Positions 1-10,078 of a DNA stretch of 64,000 bases are shown piece by piece. Origin of the DNA: a virus; IMG/VR virus record IMGVR_UViG_3300031088_000734; one strand, 5' to 3'. The translations under genes were made by a program, and so were the position numbers. Each line of letters opens with the position of its first letter. Position 1 is the first letter of the stretch. Below the pieces are notes generated by a model. The model was given only the letters and a program-made list of their open reading frames with translations, was not told the origin of the DNA and made no database searches.

Positions 1-25
1 GCTTTCTTAATTTAGGATATAAATC

Positions 26-457
26 ATGTCTAGAACATACAATGGTGGTCAGTATACGTTTTCATTTGAAGTCAGTGGTTCTGTTGACTCAGAAAATCTT
101 TCAAGAGATTTCTTTAAGAAATTGAGAAATCCTGAATCATTGCAATCACTGTTGACAGATGAACAATATGCGGTCTATGACACGCTTATCTTGTTCAAAG
201 AGCATGTTGAAGATGATTATGTTTTTCGCACGCTTGATGGCATTGAACAACTTGATGATTTTGATGAGCGTGGTTTCTCAATTGGTTTTGCATCGCCACG
301 TTTTTTTACCACTGACCAAGTGAAAGATATCTATCTCAATGTGGTCATTCCAATCTTCATTTCATGTGATATTGCAAGCAAACCTACTGGTGAATTTACC
401 GAGTATCACACGTATACAGAAACGACTGGTAAAGCTCATAAAATCTCATTTAATTAA
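26..457 (+). CDS. hypothetical protein
   Basis: 143-aa ORF, upstream AGGA, no recognisable motif. Confidence 0.7.
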   Translation: MSRTYNGGQYTFSFEVSGSVDSENLSRDFFKKLRNPESLQSLLTDEQYAVYDTLILFKEHVEDDYVFRTLDGIEQLDDFDERGFSIGFASPRFFTTDQVKDIYLNVVIPIFISCDIASKPTGEFTEYHTYTETTGKAHKISFN

Positions 458-544
458 ATTTAAATATTGAGCTAAATTGGGTTTATTTTTCTTGATTTAG
501 CCCGCCTTCAATGGTAAAATTACTCCATATTTGGAGTTTCTTTC

Positions 545-739
545 ATGGTTCGCATTTTGAAATCTGTTAGATCAATATACAGCAAAAAAACAATGATATT
601 GGGCACCTTTAGACTGCATAATAATCAAATAACGTACACTGTTATTGAAAAAGATGTCGTTCATAAGCTGTTTGGATTTCCTGTTTTTAAACATGCTGGC
701 AAATTGACTGATGAAGACTGGAACCGTATCATTTCTTAA
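545..739 (+). CDS. small hypothetical protein
   Basis: 64-aa ORF after GGAG and a promoter-like sequence. Confidence 0.5.
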   Translation: MVRILKSVRSIYSKKTMILGTFRLHNNQITYTVIEKDVVHKLFGFPVFKHAGKLTDEDWNRIIS

Positions 740-757
740 TCGTTTAGGTATTGTATT

Positions 758-967
758 TTGGCCCACTTTATTAAAAATTATCTCATGCTGCTTGAATCCT
801 ATGCTGGCGGGATTTTGATTGCCTTCTTTATTAGTTTGTCAGTGTTCTATAATCTGCCTGAGAAAACAGCTTTACTTTTCTTGGGTATTTTTAGCATACC
901 GTTCGTCGCTCTGCCTGCATTTATCAAAATCTTACTCATTTTATTTGAAAAAAAAGAGTTTAACTAG
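758..967 (+). CDS. small two-helix membrane protein
   Basis: 69-aa ORF with two hydrophobic stretches; TTG start uncertain. Confidence 0.5.
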   Translation: MAHFIKNYLMLLESYAGGILIAFFISLSVFYNLPEKTALLFLGIFSIPFVALPAFIKILLILFEKKEFN

Positions 968-1077
968 TTGATTTTTGGCGATTTTTTCAAGTCTTAAAAA
1001 TAGATGAAAAAAGTTTAAAATATTTTGTAAGTTCTTGATTTTAAAAGGTTTTAAACCATAATAAATATGAGAAAAAG

Positions 1078-1106
1078 TTGCTTTTTTATGATTTTCTTGG
1101 TATAAT
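1078..1106 (+). promoter_or_regulatory. sigma70-like early promoter (representative of many in the window)
   Basis: TTGCTT 1078-1083, 17-bp spacer, extended TG, TATAAT 1101-1106. Confidence 0.75.
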
Positions 1107-1132
1107 ACTCACACACAAACAGGAGAGCAAAT

Positions 1133-1342
1133 ATGACTATTACTATGAACACCGTTGAATCCAGCTCAATTTTCAAAGTTGGATATCGTCGTCGCGTCAT
1201 GCAAGTGCAGTTCAATTCCGGTCGTGTTTATGAGTTCCGTAAAGTGCCGCGTGCTACTTATGACCAGTTGATGCGTTCTCATTCCAAAGGTGAGTTCTTC
1301 AACCGCGAAATCAAAGACGCTTTTGTTTCGACTGAAATCTAA
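1133..1342 (+). CDS. KTSC domain protein
   Basis: VESSSIFKVGY...VQFNSGRVYEF..VP...YDQLM.SHSKGEFFNREIK is the KTSC pattern; GGAG RBS. Confidence 0.85.
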   Translation: MTITMNTVESSSIFKVGYRRRVMQVQFNSGRVYEFRKVPRATYDQLMRSHSKGEFFNREIKDAFVSTEI

Positions 1343-1435
1343 TACCTTTACGACAAAGGCACTTAGGTGCCTTTTGTTGTTATTGTTACTTTTAAAATAT
1401 GTGCTATAATAGCTCAAAATTCGTAGGAGATTACC

Positions 1436-1759
1436 ATGTCGAATGCAAGCCCTTGTAATGAGTGTCCTTTCAAACAATCTATTCCCGGCGATTGCCATTC
1501 AGCGTGTGGTCATCCAGTGGCTGTTGAGAAACAGATGTTGCTGATGTCTCTTGTGTTTACTGGCCGTCTTGGCGTGATTGAACAAGCGTTGGGGCTTCGA
1601 ATTGATCCTCATGCAGTCAGTCAAGGTTGGGCTAACTTCCCTATGAATTTTGACCCTATTTGGGTGACTGGTTCTTGTTCGATGTTGAACAGCTACAAAC
1701 AGTCAGTAGCGAAGTTCATGGCAGAACAAGACGCGGAACTTATTCATAAGGAATCCTAA
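1436..1759 (+). CDS. Cys-rich hypothetical protein
   Basis: CxxC...CHxxCxH N-terminus and GWxxFPxNFDPIW; GGAG RBS. Confidence 0.75.
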   Translation: MSNASPCNECPFKQSIPGDCHSACGHPVAVEKQMLLMSLVFTGRLGVIEQALGLRIDPHAVSQGWANFPMNFDPIWVTGSCSMLNSYKQSVAKFMAEQDAELIHKES

Positions 1760-1852
1760 TTCTTTTTCAATGAGTTAATATTAAAGGCTTGAGCGATCAA
1801 GCCTTTTTTGTTATAATATCAACCACTATTAACATATAACGGTTTATTCACA

Positions 1853-2311
1853 ATGATTGATACGATTACTGACAAAGAACGCCTTCATATTGATAAGGTT
1901 GTGAACTTTGCCAAACATATTGATGACAACGGCTTTCAACATAAAGTCGCTGCAGCTATTGTGTACAAAAATAAAATCATCAGTCTTGAACATAACCTTG
2001 ATAAAAGTCATACCTTTCAAAAACGTTTTGCAAAAAACGAACATGCTATTTTCTTTCATGCTGAAACCAGTGCTATTCATACCGCTCTCAAAATCTTGGG
2101 TGAAGATAAGCTCAGTAAAGCCACTCTGGTGGTGGTTCGGTTATCGGCAGTTAAGAGTAAGTATCGTCAACGTTTGTTACACCACACATTAGCGACTAGT
2201 AAGCCTTGTGAGGGTTGTGCATCGTGTATTAATCATTATGGCATTAAGAAAGTAATTCATAGTGTGATTGATGGATTTGAAGTGTATGACACCTTGAAGA
2301 TGATCAACTAA
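1853..2311 (+). CDS. zinc-dependent nucleotide/nucleic-acid deaminase (cytidine deaminase superfamily)
   Basis: HAE (HAETSAI) and PCxxC (SKPCEGC) zinc-binding motifs. Confidence 0.8.
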   Translation: MIDTITDKERLHIDKVVNFAKHIDDNGFQHKVAAAIVYKNKIISLEHNLDKSHTFQKRFAKNEHAIFFHAETSAIHTALKILGEDKLSKATLVVVRLSAVKSKYRQRLLHHTLATSKPCEGCASCINHYGIKKVIHSVIDGFEVYDTLKMIN

Positions 2312-2363
2312 GTCGCTTGATAGTTTTGCATTTTTATGGTATAATTGCCTTCAACTTATAACT

Positions 2364-2570
2364 ATGGTGATTACAATGTCCTATAATTTTGACGAATCGT
2401 CTGGCACTTATGTGATTGCTGATGATCTTCCTGAGAATGACCTTTATGATGCTTTGTTAGCCATCGCAAAAGATAACGACCTTATTGAAGCCAATCATGC
2501 TTCGGATAGTTCTCATATCATGGCTATCTTGCGAAATAATTCGGTTGAAGTTGAGTTCGAAACTGCATAA
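2364..2570 (+). CDS. small acidic hypothetical protein
   Basis: 68-aa ORF after promoter-like TATAAT. Confidence 0.6.
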   Translation: MVITMSYNFDESSGTYVIADDLPENDLYDALLAIAKDNDLIEANHASDSSHIMAILRNNSVEVEFETA

Positions 2571-2596
2571 CCTATCATTTAACAAGGGTATACATT

Positions 2597-2914
2597 ATGA
2601 CTTTCACGCCTAGACTGCCTACTGATACTGTTGCGATTGTTGGAGCCTTTAACAAGAAATGGCTTATTCAGTTTCAGAATCGTCGTAAGCATCATCGAGA
2701 ATTCTTGTGTGATGTTTTTAGCATTTTTACGCCTGTTTCATTTGAAACCTTGGAAGAAGCTTTCGAAAGAGCTGAACATTACAACCTTCAAGTGGTGGAT
2801 GTTCGTATTCATCAGGCTTATCATCAACATGATCAAGTGAATGCTGAAATGCAGGAACGCATTAAAAAGATGAGAGCCGAATTTGATGGCACTTATGTCA
2901 AAAAAATAGCTTGA
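2597..2914 (+). CDS. hypothetical protein
   Basis: 105-aa ORF with RBS. Confidence 0.65.
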   Translation: MTFTPRLPTDTVAIVGAFNKKWLIQFQNRRKHHREFLCDVFSIFTPVSFETLEEAFERAEHYNLQVVDVRIHQAYHQHDQVNAEMQERIKKMRAEFDGTYVKKIA

Positions 2915-2948
2915 TTTTTAACTTTAACTCTTACATAAGGATGGATTT

Positions 2949-3527
2949 ATGAAAAAGATTGCATTAATTATATTCTCTTGGTTAATTGCCTTTTCGACAG
3001 CTTTTGGTGATGAATTCAAAAGTATCAAAGAATTTAATTACAAAGGTATTAGCTTTTCATCGTCTATGGAGGATTTGAAGGCACACGGTTTTAATTGTCA
3101 AGACAATACTTGCATTGTTGGTGATGATTTTTTCAAATATAAATCACCGGGATTATTTTCTGTTCAGCAATTGGCTCGTAATGGTAAAACAGTGACTTTT
3201 CATGAAAATCATGTCATTAAAATTACGATTGATCAACTGTATCCTTATATGGGGGAAGGTTGTCAGAATATTATGAATGATCTTCAAACTCGATTTAATG
3301 CTAAGTACAAGGCAGACATTAAATTTCATACTTATGCAAGTCGTGCTGGGCCAGTCACTGATTATGATAACCTTATTGGATCGGTAAAGTTAGGCGAAGA
3401 TGTTTTAAGAGTTCATTTTTCTTGTAGTGAAGTCAAAAAACCAGACACAGAAGAAATGTTAACCTTTATTCATGCTCTTTTTCACTATGAAAACCTTGCT
3501 TCACGATTGTTGGTTGACGATATTTAA
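2949..3527 (+). CDS. exported protein
   Basis: Sec-type signal peptide MKKIALIIFSWLIAFSTAFG. Confidence 0.7.
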   Translation: MKKIALIIFSWLIAFSTAFGDEFKSIKEFNYKGISFSSSMEDLKAHGFNCQDNTCIVGDDFFKYKSPGLFSVQQLARNGKTVTFHENHVIKITIDQLYPYMGEGCQNIMNDLQTRFNAKYKADIKFHTYASRAGPVTDYDNLIGSVKLGEDVLRVHFSCSEVKKPDTEEMLTFIHALFHYENLASRLLVDDI

Positions 3528-3572
3528 AAAACCTTTGTAACGATTTGAATTATTACAGCAAGGAGAAAGATT

Positions 3573-4148
3573 TTGAATACATTTGAAAGATTTAAAGAAG
3601 ATTGCAAGAAATTATTTTCTGAGGAAAAGGCTTATACCGAACCAAAAGATGATGGTAAACGTATTATTGTTAAAGCTCATCTAAAACGGGCACGTAATGG
3701 ATTGGCAGTCGGAACTATCATCTATATTGATCGAAATGATTGGCTGAATCCTAACGATGACAGAGTTTGGGGATATACCAAACTTGAATACTTTGGACAA
3801 GGCAATCATGCGTATAGTGGTATGGAAAAAGCGGATCTTGAATATTTACCGACTAATGAGCCATCCTATTCTGTTGTCATTGAACACGTTAAGAAAAGCA
3901 TGGCTGGCTTTACACCCGATCCTGATTATCCAGAAGACAATATTGCTAATGTTAAGGATTCAGTCGTTTCGTCTATTGTCATCGAAAGCTGTCTATCTGA
4001 GCAGGAAGCTGTTTCAAGAGCATCCGTGGTCGCAACAGCTTTTAAAATTCCAAGAATTGAGACGCCTAAGCATGTAGGTAATCTATATATTTGGAATACG
4101 CTTGATGATATTGGTTCAGGTATTAAAATCTATGTTAGACCTGATTAA
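3573..4148 (+). CDS. hypothetical protein
   Basis: 191-aa ORF, AGGAG RBS, TTG start. Confidence 0.7.
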   Translation: MNTFERFKEDCKKLFSEEKAYTEPKDDGKRIIVKAHLKRARNGLAVGTIIYIDRNDWLNPNDDRVWGYTKLEYFGQGNHAYSGMEKADLEYLPTNEPSYSVVIEHVKKSMAGFTPDPDYPEDNIANVKDSVVSSIVIESCLSEQEAVSRASVVATAFKIPRIETPKHVGNLYIWNTLDDIGSGIKIYVRPD

Positions 4149-4220
4149 AGACTAACCAAATAGTATCATTGACTTTTTTTATGAAATTGATTAACCTACC
4201 TTATTCAAAGGAGAATAGCG

Positions 4221-4520
4221 ATGACTGGTGACGATTTAAGAACCCTTTTTCAAGAATATGGTGAGACGGATGAGTCTCATAAATTTGAGAGAGTAGCTGT
4301 AAAGTTTAGTAAACGTGATGATTTACATGCTTTTATATTGTTGGATAAAATCATGCCTGATGGGCATACAATGGTTTCTGCAGCAGCACATGATGAAATC
4401 TTCTTGGGCTTTGATATGGAAGAACTGGCCGCTGTTATTACCCCAGAACAAGTCTTGGAGCTTGTGCGTTGTGGTGTATCTTATGACAGTCACCATGACT
4501 GCTTGTATATGTTCGTTTAA
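4221..4520 (+). CDS. hypothetical protein
   Basis: 99-aa ORF, AGGAG RBS. Confidence 0.75.
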   Translation: MTGDDLRTLFQEYGETDESHKFERVAVKFSKRDDLHAFILLDKIMPDGHTMVSAAAHDEIFLGFDMEELAAVITPEQVLELVRCGVSYDSHHDCLYMFV

Positions 4521-4588
4521 CGAACAGTTGCTTTTTGATGGCTCATTTGGTATAATGGGCCTTCTTAATTCAACAAGGTAACTTTATC

Positions 4589-5014
4589 ATGACTTTTAAA
4601 TGGATCGCGTCTAATGAGACTTCGCACCTTCATGCTCATTCTTATGAGACAACTGTTATGGTTGAGTGCTTGGATAAACTCTTTCCAGAAGAAAAAGACA
4701 ACTATCAATATCTTTCAAAAGCCAAAGTAGATAAGCTTAAAGAGCTTGTGGCTGCACAGTACGTTGTGCTTTATTTTGTTGATTCTTACACTTATCCAGT
4801 TGAAAATTACCATGACAAGGATGGTGATTACACTCATTCGGATTCTGAAACCAATTCCTACAAAACTCCAACCGAAGAAATGATTGCGGCTTTGAATGAA
4901 ATGGGGTATACTGACACCACTGAAATGATTAAGAATGCTGTTCGTGTTAATCATGACATCAATCTCTATTATGGTGAGTCTATCTTGCTTGAATCCTACT
5001 GCATCAAAATTTAA
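4589..5014 (+). CDS. hypothetical protein
   Basis: 141-aa ORF after promoter and AAGG. Confidence 0.7.
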   Translation: MTFKWIASNETSHLHAHSYETTVMVECLDKLFPEEKDNYQYLSKAKVDKLKELVAAQYVVLYFVDSYTYPVENYHDKDGDYTHSDSETNSYKTPTEEMIAALNEMGYTDTTEMIKNAVRVNHDINLYYGESILLESYCIKI

Positions 5015-5024
5015 GGATATTATC

Positions 5025-5537
5025 ATGGCTATTCGTTTCGCAGCAGACATCAACGCAGAACAAGGCACTGATCTTGGATGGACTTTTGAAAATGGTGTTC
5101 TGTTTGAATCCGTCAGTTACATGCTGAAAGAGATCTTTCCAGAATTCCTTTCTATGCTTAAAGTTGACGACGAACATCGTTATATTCCAGAAGTTCATGT
5201 GCAAAAGAAAATTGAATTTCATGACAAGATTGATACTGAATTTTTCTTGTTTTACTATCCCGAAAAAGAAACGTCTGGTCATGATCCTTATGTGGATGAA
5301 AATGGTGCTCAGTGCCGTGCTTCCAGTAAAGAAATTGAACTTGAAGTACCGATGTTTGAACTTCGTGAAGCGGTTCGAGAAGAATTTCCACAGGTTGTCA
5401 ATGTAGAAAAGTTTGTTGAGAATGTTTTGAAACTGCACAGTGGTGATACTTATTGCATGAATCATTATTATGGTGATAGTGTCAACTATGCTTACATTAA
5501 AATCAAAAAAGATGCTGACCTTAGTCGTTATCTTTAA
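5025..5537 (+). CDS. acidic hypothetical protein
   Basis: start moved to ATG 5025 (AAGGA RBS, no overlap with upstream gene). Confidence 0.7.
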   Translation: MAIRFAADINAEQGTDLGWTFENGVLFESVSYMLKEIFPEFLSMLKVDDEHRYIPEVHVQKKIEFHDKIDTEFFLFYYPEKETSGHDPYVDENGAQCRASSKEIELEVPMFELREAVREEFPQVVNVEKFVENVLKLHSGDTYCMNHYYGDSVNYAYIKIKKDADLSRYL

Positions 5538-5552
5538 TTAAAAGGAAACTGT

Positions 5553-5858
5553 ATGAGTCGCATGACTGTTCGATTTGACCGCGTATTTAACAAGAAAGGT
5601 AACTTTGATCTTAAAGAGTTTGAGCTTCGTCATTTTGACCCTTATCGTCCTGACACTGACAATAAGAACTATGTTGATTTGTATGAACTCTTGTTTGATA
5701 GCAATGGCAACGTGCTGGATGAAGTTCGTTATGAACTTGAAGCTTATATCAAACTCAAAAACTTCCCAGCTTTGTCAGATGCAGTAAAATTGTTTTATGC
5801 CGGTATCCACGGTAGCAATACTGGTGGGTCTTATCCCGCCGTTTACATGTTTCGCTGA
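5553..5858 (+). CDS. hypothetical protein, paralog of 57114..57440
   Basis: shared FNxxGNF, LFDSxGN, LxDAVxLxxA, SxTxxxY, MFR/MFKR motifs. Confidence 0.75.
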   Translation: MSRMTVRFDRVFNKKGNFDLKEFELRHFDPYRPDTDNKNYVDLYELLFDSNGNVLDEVRYELEAYIKLKNFPALSDAVKLFYAGIHGSNTGGSYPAVYMFR

Positions 5859-5967
5859 TTCAAACAAACACTTCAAAAATAAATTTTAAATTGTTTAAAT
5901 AATAGTTGTTTTAAGATAAAAACGTTGATATAATAACCCCACACTAACTAAAAAAGGAAATACAATC

Positions 5968-6093
5968 ATGGCAACAGTAAATTCAGCAAAAAAAGCACAA
6001 GAAATCGAACAAGCCTACGCACAGGTTGCTGAAACCAAGCGTCGTCAAGAAGAAAAAATGTGGTCGCAACACGAAAAAGCAAACAAGCGTTAA
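5968..6093 (+). CDS. 41-aa charged helical peptide (not in ORF track)
   Basis: MATVNSAKKAQEIEQAYAQVAETKRRQEEKMWSQHEKANKR; own promoter and AAGGA RBS. Confidence 0.55.
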   Translation: MATVNSAKKAQEIEQAYAQVAETKRRQEEKMWSQHEKANKR

Positions 6094-6119
6094 TCACCAT
6101 CATTCAAAAAGGATTTACA

Positions 6120-6455
6120 ATGTCACAAGCCACTGCAGTCATTGAGTTTGATAACCTGAACAACCCACCAGAAGGGTTTTATGCTTCGGCAATGGGCTGG
6201 TATTTTCATGGTGAGCTTGAAGACATGGTAGGATATGATATTCCATCAGCTTCCGTTGATCTAATGAAAGTTCCTGATGGTATCTATGCCGGTTCTTACA
6301 AAGGGCTGGACTGCACTTTCTTTAACTGGTCTGTTATTGAAGAGTATGGATCTGTCAAAAAGCGTCGTCATCGTGGGTTCATTGTCCTTAATACGGACAA
6401 AAAAGCTTACGAATTTGCCGAGTTGGCTTATCGGACTAAACGTCAAAATCTTTAA
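6120..6455 (+). CDS. hypothetical protein
   Basis: start moved to ATG 6120 after AAGGA. Confidence 0.7.
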   Translation: MSQATAVIEFDNLNNPPEGFYASAMGWYFHGELEDMVGYDIPSASVDLMKVPDGIYAGSYKGLDCTFFNWSVIEEYGSVKKRRHRGFIVLNTDKKAYEFAELAYRTKRQNL

Positions 6456-6555
6456 TGTTGTCAATTAAAAAAGAGATCAAGTTCGCTTGATCTTTTTTTT
6501 GCCTTTATTTTTTGTTTATGCTATAATCAATCATTACCTAATTTGGAGCTTTCTT

Positions 6556-6987
6556 ATGTATAATATCGTAGCATCAAGTGTGATTAATGACCTAATCCTT
6601 AACAATGACCGTACCAGTCATCTTATTTTAGAAGAAATTAACAAGGCTCAAAGCCTTGTTGGTCAAACTGAACTGTTGATTCAAATTGATTCCGATGATG
6701 ATTTTGCAGTTGACGGAAAGTCGGTTTTCTCCAAGTCGTTTGTGATTGGTGAACGTGATCTGGTGGAAGTCTACAAAGCCGCTATTAAAAGTATCACTTT
6801 CGGTCACCACAATCAAAAGAACTACAAGCTTGAACGTTTCTTGGAAGACATCATGACAGAAGATTTCTTGGAAGAAGTTGCTAGCGGCCATGCGTCCACT
6901 GGTGGTAATCAAACCATTGATGTGTACGTTATTCCAGCTCCTACAGTGTTGACTATCGGGGCAATCAAGATTGATTTAACAAAATAA
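6556..6987 (+). CDS. hypothetical protein
   Basis: start moved to ATG 6556 after GGAG and promoter. Confidence 0.7.
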   Translation: MYNIVASSVINDLILNNDRTSHLILEEINKAQSLVGQTELLIQIDSDDDFAVDGKSVFSKSFVIGERDLVEVYKAAIKSITFGHHNQKNYKLERFLEDIMTEDFLEEVASGHASTGGNQTIDVYVIPAPTVLTIGAIKIDLTK

Positions 6988-7043
6988 CACTTTCAATTAT
7001 TGCTCCATTATGTTAAAATAAGCCCACTTGAGGGCTTTTTTTT

Positions 7044-7691
7044 ATGAGAAAATCAATTACTGTCAATACCATTGAAGAACTGAAATCAGTTGCATTTGAT
7101 TATAATGCTCCTGTTTTTGTTGGCCCTGACATTCTGATTAGCGATTTTATTTCGACGGATGATGAATGTGATAAACTTATTGAAAAATTGAAACCTTATC
7201 ATACAAATGTGATTGCTTTCTGTTTTCATCATGATGGTTTTCGTGTTCATTTTTTGATGATTGATAGCTTTGTCGTCTTAAAAAAATATGGAATTGAAAA
7301 TGTAACGATTATGAATTTGAAAAAATTTGTCGTTCACTCTATTCGTTTTGATTCTGGAACTCATGAGTGGAATGAGAAGGAGTTTTATTCATACAAACGT
7401 GGAAATAAACCTGTCAGTGTGAGTCGAAACTATGCTTCGTTTATTGCAAAATACGCTCATGTTTATGATAAGACCTATGTCAGTGAGATCAGAGTTACAG
7501 ATAACTCTCAATACCTGATTGATATGACGTTTAGTCACAATGGTCGCAAGATTACATTGAATGAGTTGGGTGCAGAATATCCAGAGATGGTAACAGCATT
7601 GCGTGGTAAGGTTCGATCAGTTGAAAACTTGACCAACAAAAGTAAATTGATTAAATCATTTTTACCCATCATTGATATGATACTTATTTAA
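7044..7691 (+). CDS. hypothetical protein with C-terminal Met(-4) motif
   Basis: ends LPIIDMILI. Confidence 0.75.
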   Translation: MRKSITVNTIEELKSVAFDYNAPVFVGPDILISDFISTDDECDKLIEKLKPYHTNVIAFCFHHDGFRVHFLMIDSFVVLKKYGIENVTIMNLKKFVVHSIRFDSGTHEWNEKEFYSYKRGNKPVSVSRNYASFIAKYAHVYDKTYVSEIRVTDNSQYLIDMTFSHNGRKITLNELGAEYPEMVTALRGKVRSVENLTNKSKLIKSFLPIIDMILI

Positions 7692-7695
7692 AGGA

Positions 7696-8331
7696 TTGAT
7701 TATGCTTCATATAAAAAACATTGCACAATTAAAGGAATGCTTGTTATCAGATAAATTGACAGGCTTATTTATTACTCCAGTTGAAGAATTTGTAAAATCA
7801 GGTGACATTATTAAATATGATAATCGTGCTGAATATTTTTATCAACTTGATGATGTGTCTTTTATTAAATTTCAAATCAGTCAAAATGTTATTGTCTTCA
7901 AAGGTTATTGCATTAAACCTGAAAAACATTATGTATACCATCGTTTAAATAATAAGCCAGCCACATTGTTTTACTTAAAAAATGGTGAACTCAATACAAC
8001 GAGTTGGTTTATTAATGGAAGCTCTGTTCGAGAACACCCTATGCAACCTGTCATGGTTGAACATTGTGATGGCGATTACTGGAAATTTCAATACGCAAAA
8101 ACAGAAGATGAGTTCTTTGAAATATCTTATATCATTTTTGACAAGAAAAAGACTGGAACATTAAAGATCTTGGATATGTTAGTTCGATACCGTGGAGAAA
8201 ACCTTAATCTTAAACATATCAAAAAACGTTATCCTTTCATTGAAGACCTTACATTTGAAGATTGCTATGATCTCAGTATCAACATTTTTACAGATGATCA
8301 AATTACTTTAATGAGAATGATTGATATTTGA
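7696..8331 (+). CDS. hypothetical protein with C-terminal Met(-4) motif
   Basis: ends ITLMRMIDI. Confidence 0.75.
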   Translation: MIMLHIKNIAQLKECLLSDKLTGLFITPVEEFVKSGDIIKYDNRAEYFYQLDDVSFIKFQISQNVIVFKGYCIKPEKHYVYHRLNNKPATLFYLKNGELNTTSWFINGSSVREHPMQPVMVEHCDGDYWKFQYAKTEDEFFEISYIIFDKKKTGTLKILDMLVRYRGENLNLKHIKKRYPFIEDLTFEDCYDLSINIFTDDQITLMRMIDI

Positions 8332-8336
8332 AATCA

Positions 8337-8434
8337 GCAATATAATGCAGGTTATTCATTCATTTTGGCACCTAATCGGCAATATAATGCAGATTAAGGT
8401 GCTTTTTAGTATCAAAAACTGCAATATAATGCAG
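8337..8434. repeat. three identical 14-bp direct repeats GCAATATAATGCAG with 42-bp period
   Basis: copies at 8337-8350, 8379-8392, 8421-8434 separated by two different 28-bp spacers, between convergent genes. Confidence 0.85.
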
Positions 8435-8436
8435 TC

Positions 8437-9270
8437 TCAACACTCAATCATCTCAATCAATTTTAAATAATCCATAAAAGCCACTTTGTTTGGACCGTTT
8501 AAATTTTCATAAAATATTTTGTTTACAATTTTGAACCAGTTTCTGTTTTCAAAATCAATACTGGTATAATCTAGAATGCTAGTATCCACATCGGTTTTCA
8601 TAGCATTCACATGGTTCACAAACTTTATCAGTAAGTGTTCATTTTCTGGTGTCCCATAGTCATCAAGATAATATTTAATGCCAGTTGACTCTAAAAAATT
8701 CTTAGTTTCAAAGTTTTTCTTACAAATTTTATGGTCTTTATCAAAAAAATAAGTCATAGAGTTTGCATGAAATTGTTGTTTTTTTATTTTGTCTAATAGA
8801 TCTGGGGTTTTGAAACAATGTTTTTTTATTAAAGAATAAATGGAGCCTGTAAGATCAGTGTCGAGATAAAAATTTAAATTCATAGATGGATCATTGAAAT
8901 GATCGATGTTTAAATGTTTTATGAGTCCTGTTTCTGACTGTCCACCTTCATAATGAGAACTGTAATGTGTTTGTCTCCCATTTTCATCATAATAGACATA
9001 GATTGGCATTTCAAAATAACAATCAAACAGTTCATACAGGTTAAAAGTAAAGGTAATGATAATACAATCTTTTGTTTTCTCATTTGCGTGAAAAGATGTT
9101 TCATTTTCTTCTAAATGTAGATGTTCTTGAATCAATTCAAGTGTGATATCTGGATTATTGTTGATTGCATTTATTTTCTCACACATTAAGGCATGCACAA
9201 TTTGAAAATGCCTAGGTTTAAGCATTTCCTTAGTGGATAATTCTTTGTAGTGTGGAAAAAATAATTTCAT
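8437..9270 (-). CDS. hypothetical protein, tandem paralog 1 of 3, Met(-4) motif
   Basis: similar to 9290 and 10079 along its length; ends LKLIEMIEC. Confidence 0.8.
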   Translation of the reverse strand: MKLFFPHYKELSTKEMLKPRHFQIVHALMCEKINAINNNPDITLELIQEHLHLEENETSFHANEKTKDCIIITFTFNLYELFDCYFEMPIYVYYDENGRQTHYSSHYEGGQSETGLIKHLNIDHFNDPSMNLNFYLDTDLTGSIYSLIKKHCFKTPDLLDKIKKQQFHANSMTYFFDKDHKICKKNFETKNFLESTGIKYYLDDYGTPENEHLLIKFVNHVNAMKTDVDTSILDYTSIDFENRNWFKIVNKIFYENLNGPNKVAFMDYLKLIEMIEC

Positions 9271-9289
9271 TTTGGTGTCCTTTTATTTC

Positions 9290-10063
9290 TTAAATTGTCA
9301 TCATCTCTATTAATTTTATATTATCACCTTTTAATGCATTTAAAAATGCATTATAAACTTTTTTAAACCATTCTGGCTTACTGAAATCTAATTTTGAATA
9401 GTTAAAAAACATAGCGTCAACACTTTCTTTTTGAATGATTATATGATTGACAAACATTAAAAATAGACGTTCTGTCTTCAAATTTTCAAATCCTTTAAAT
9501 GAATAAATTGTCTCATGCATTGTATTATTATCAGTAGTTTTGAATTTTTTATACTTTACTTTATGACTGTTATCAAAATAATATCTTAACGTTACTGTTT
9601 TTAAATGAGACATTGGTGTTTGTATGTAATCGTGTTTTACAATTTGATAACCTAATTCTAATTCGCTTTTATTTAAATGAAATTCAAGATAAGAATGCCC
9701 ATCATCAAAATGATCAAGGTTTAACAGCTTCATAATTTCTGATCTTTTTATTGAACCCACATAACGTGATTTCCATTTTTTGAATTTTCCGTCCGCATTG
9801 AAGAAAATAGTAAAAGGTATTCTAAATTTTAAATCAAATAAAACAATATCAAAATTAATGATTACAAACTCTTCTATTGAATAAGAATGAATTTGATGAT
9901 CTACTATTTTTAAACTTTCGATAATCAAGTTTTTGTTAAGTGCTACATTATTATTTATTGCATTTAATTTATCGCATATTAATGCATGCACAATTTCAAT
10001 ATGTTCACTTTTCAACACTTTTTCAGTTGACAAATCTTTATAATCTGGATTCCAAAATTTCAT
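9290..10063 (-). CDS. hypothetical protein, tandem paralog 2 of 3, Met(-4) motif
   Basis: shared KLNAINNN, LNxDHF, YYFDNSHKV; ends IKLIEMMTI. Confidence 0.8.
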   Translation of the reverse strand: MKFWNPDYKDLSTEKVLKSEHIEIVHALICDKLNAINNNVALNKNLIIESLKIVDHQIHSYSIEEFVIINFDIVLFDLKFRIPFTIFFNADGKFKKWKSRYVGSIKRSEIMKLLNLDHFDDGHSYLEFHLNKSELELGYQIVKHDYIQTPMSHLKTVTLRYYFDNSHKVKYKKFKTTDNNTMHETIYSFKGFENLKTERLFLMFVNHIIIQKESVDAMFFNYSKLDFSKPEWFKKVYNAFLNALKGDNIKLIEMMTI

Positions 10064-10078
10064 TTTTTTATATCCTTT

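Noticed and set aside
8337-8434. CRISPR array interpretation of the repeat-spacer pattern
   Set aside because: Repeats are only 14 bp, three copies, spacers are partly complementary to each other, and no cas gene is in the window
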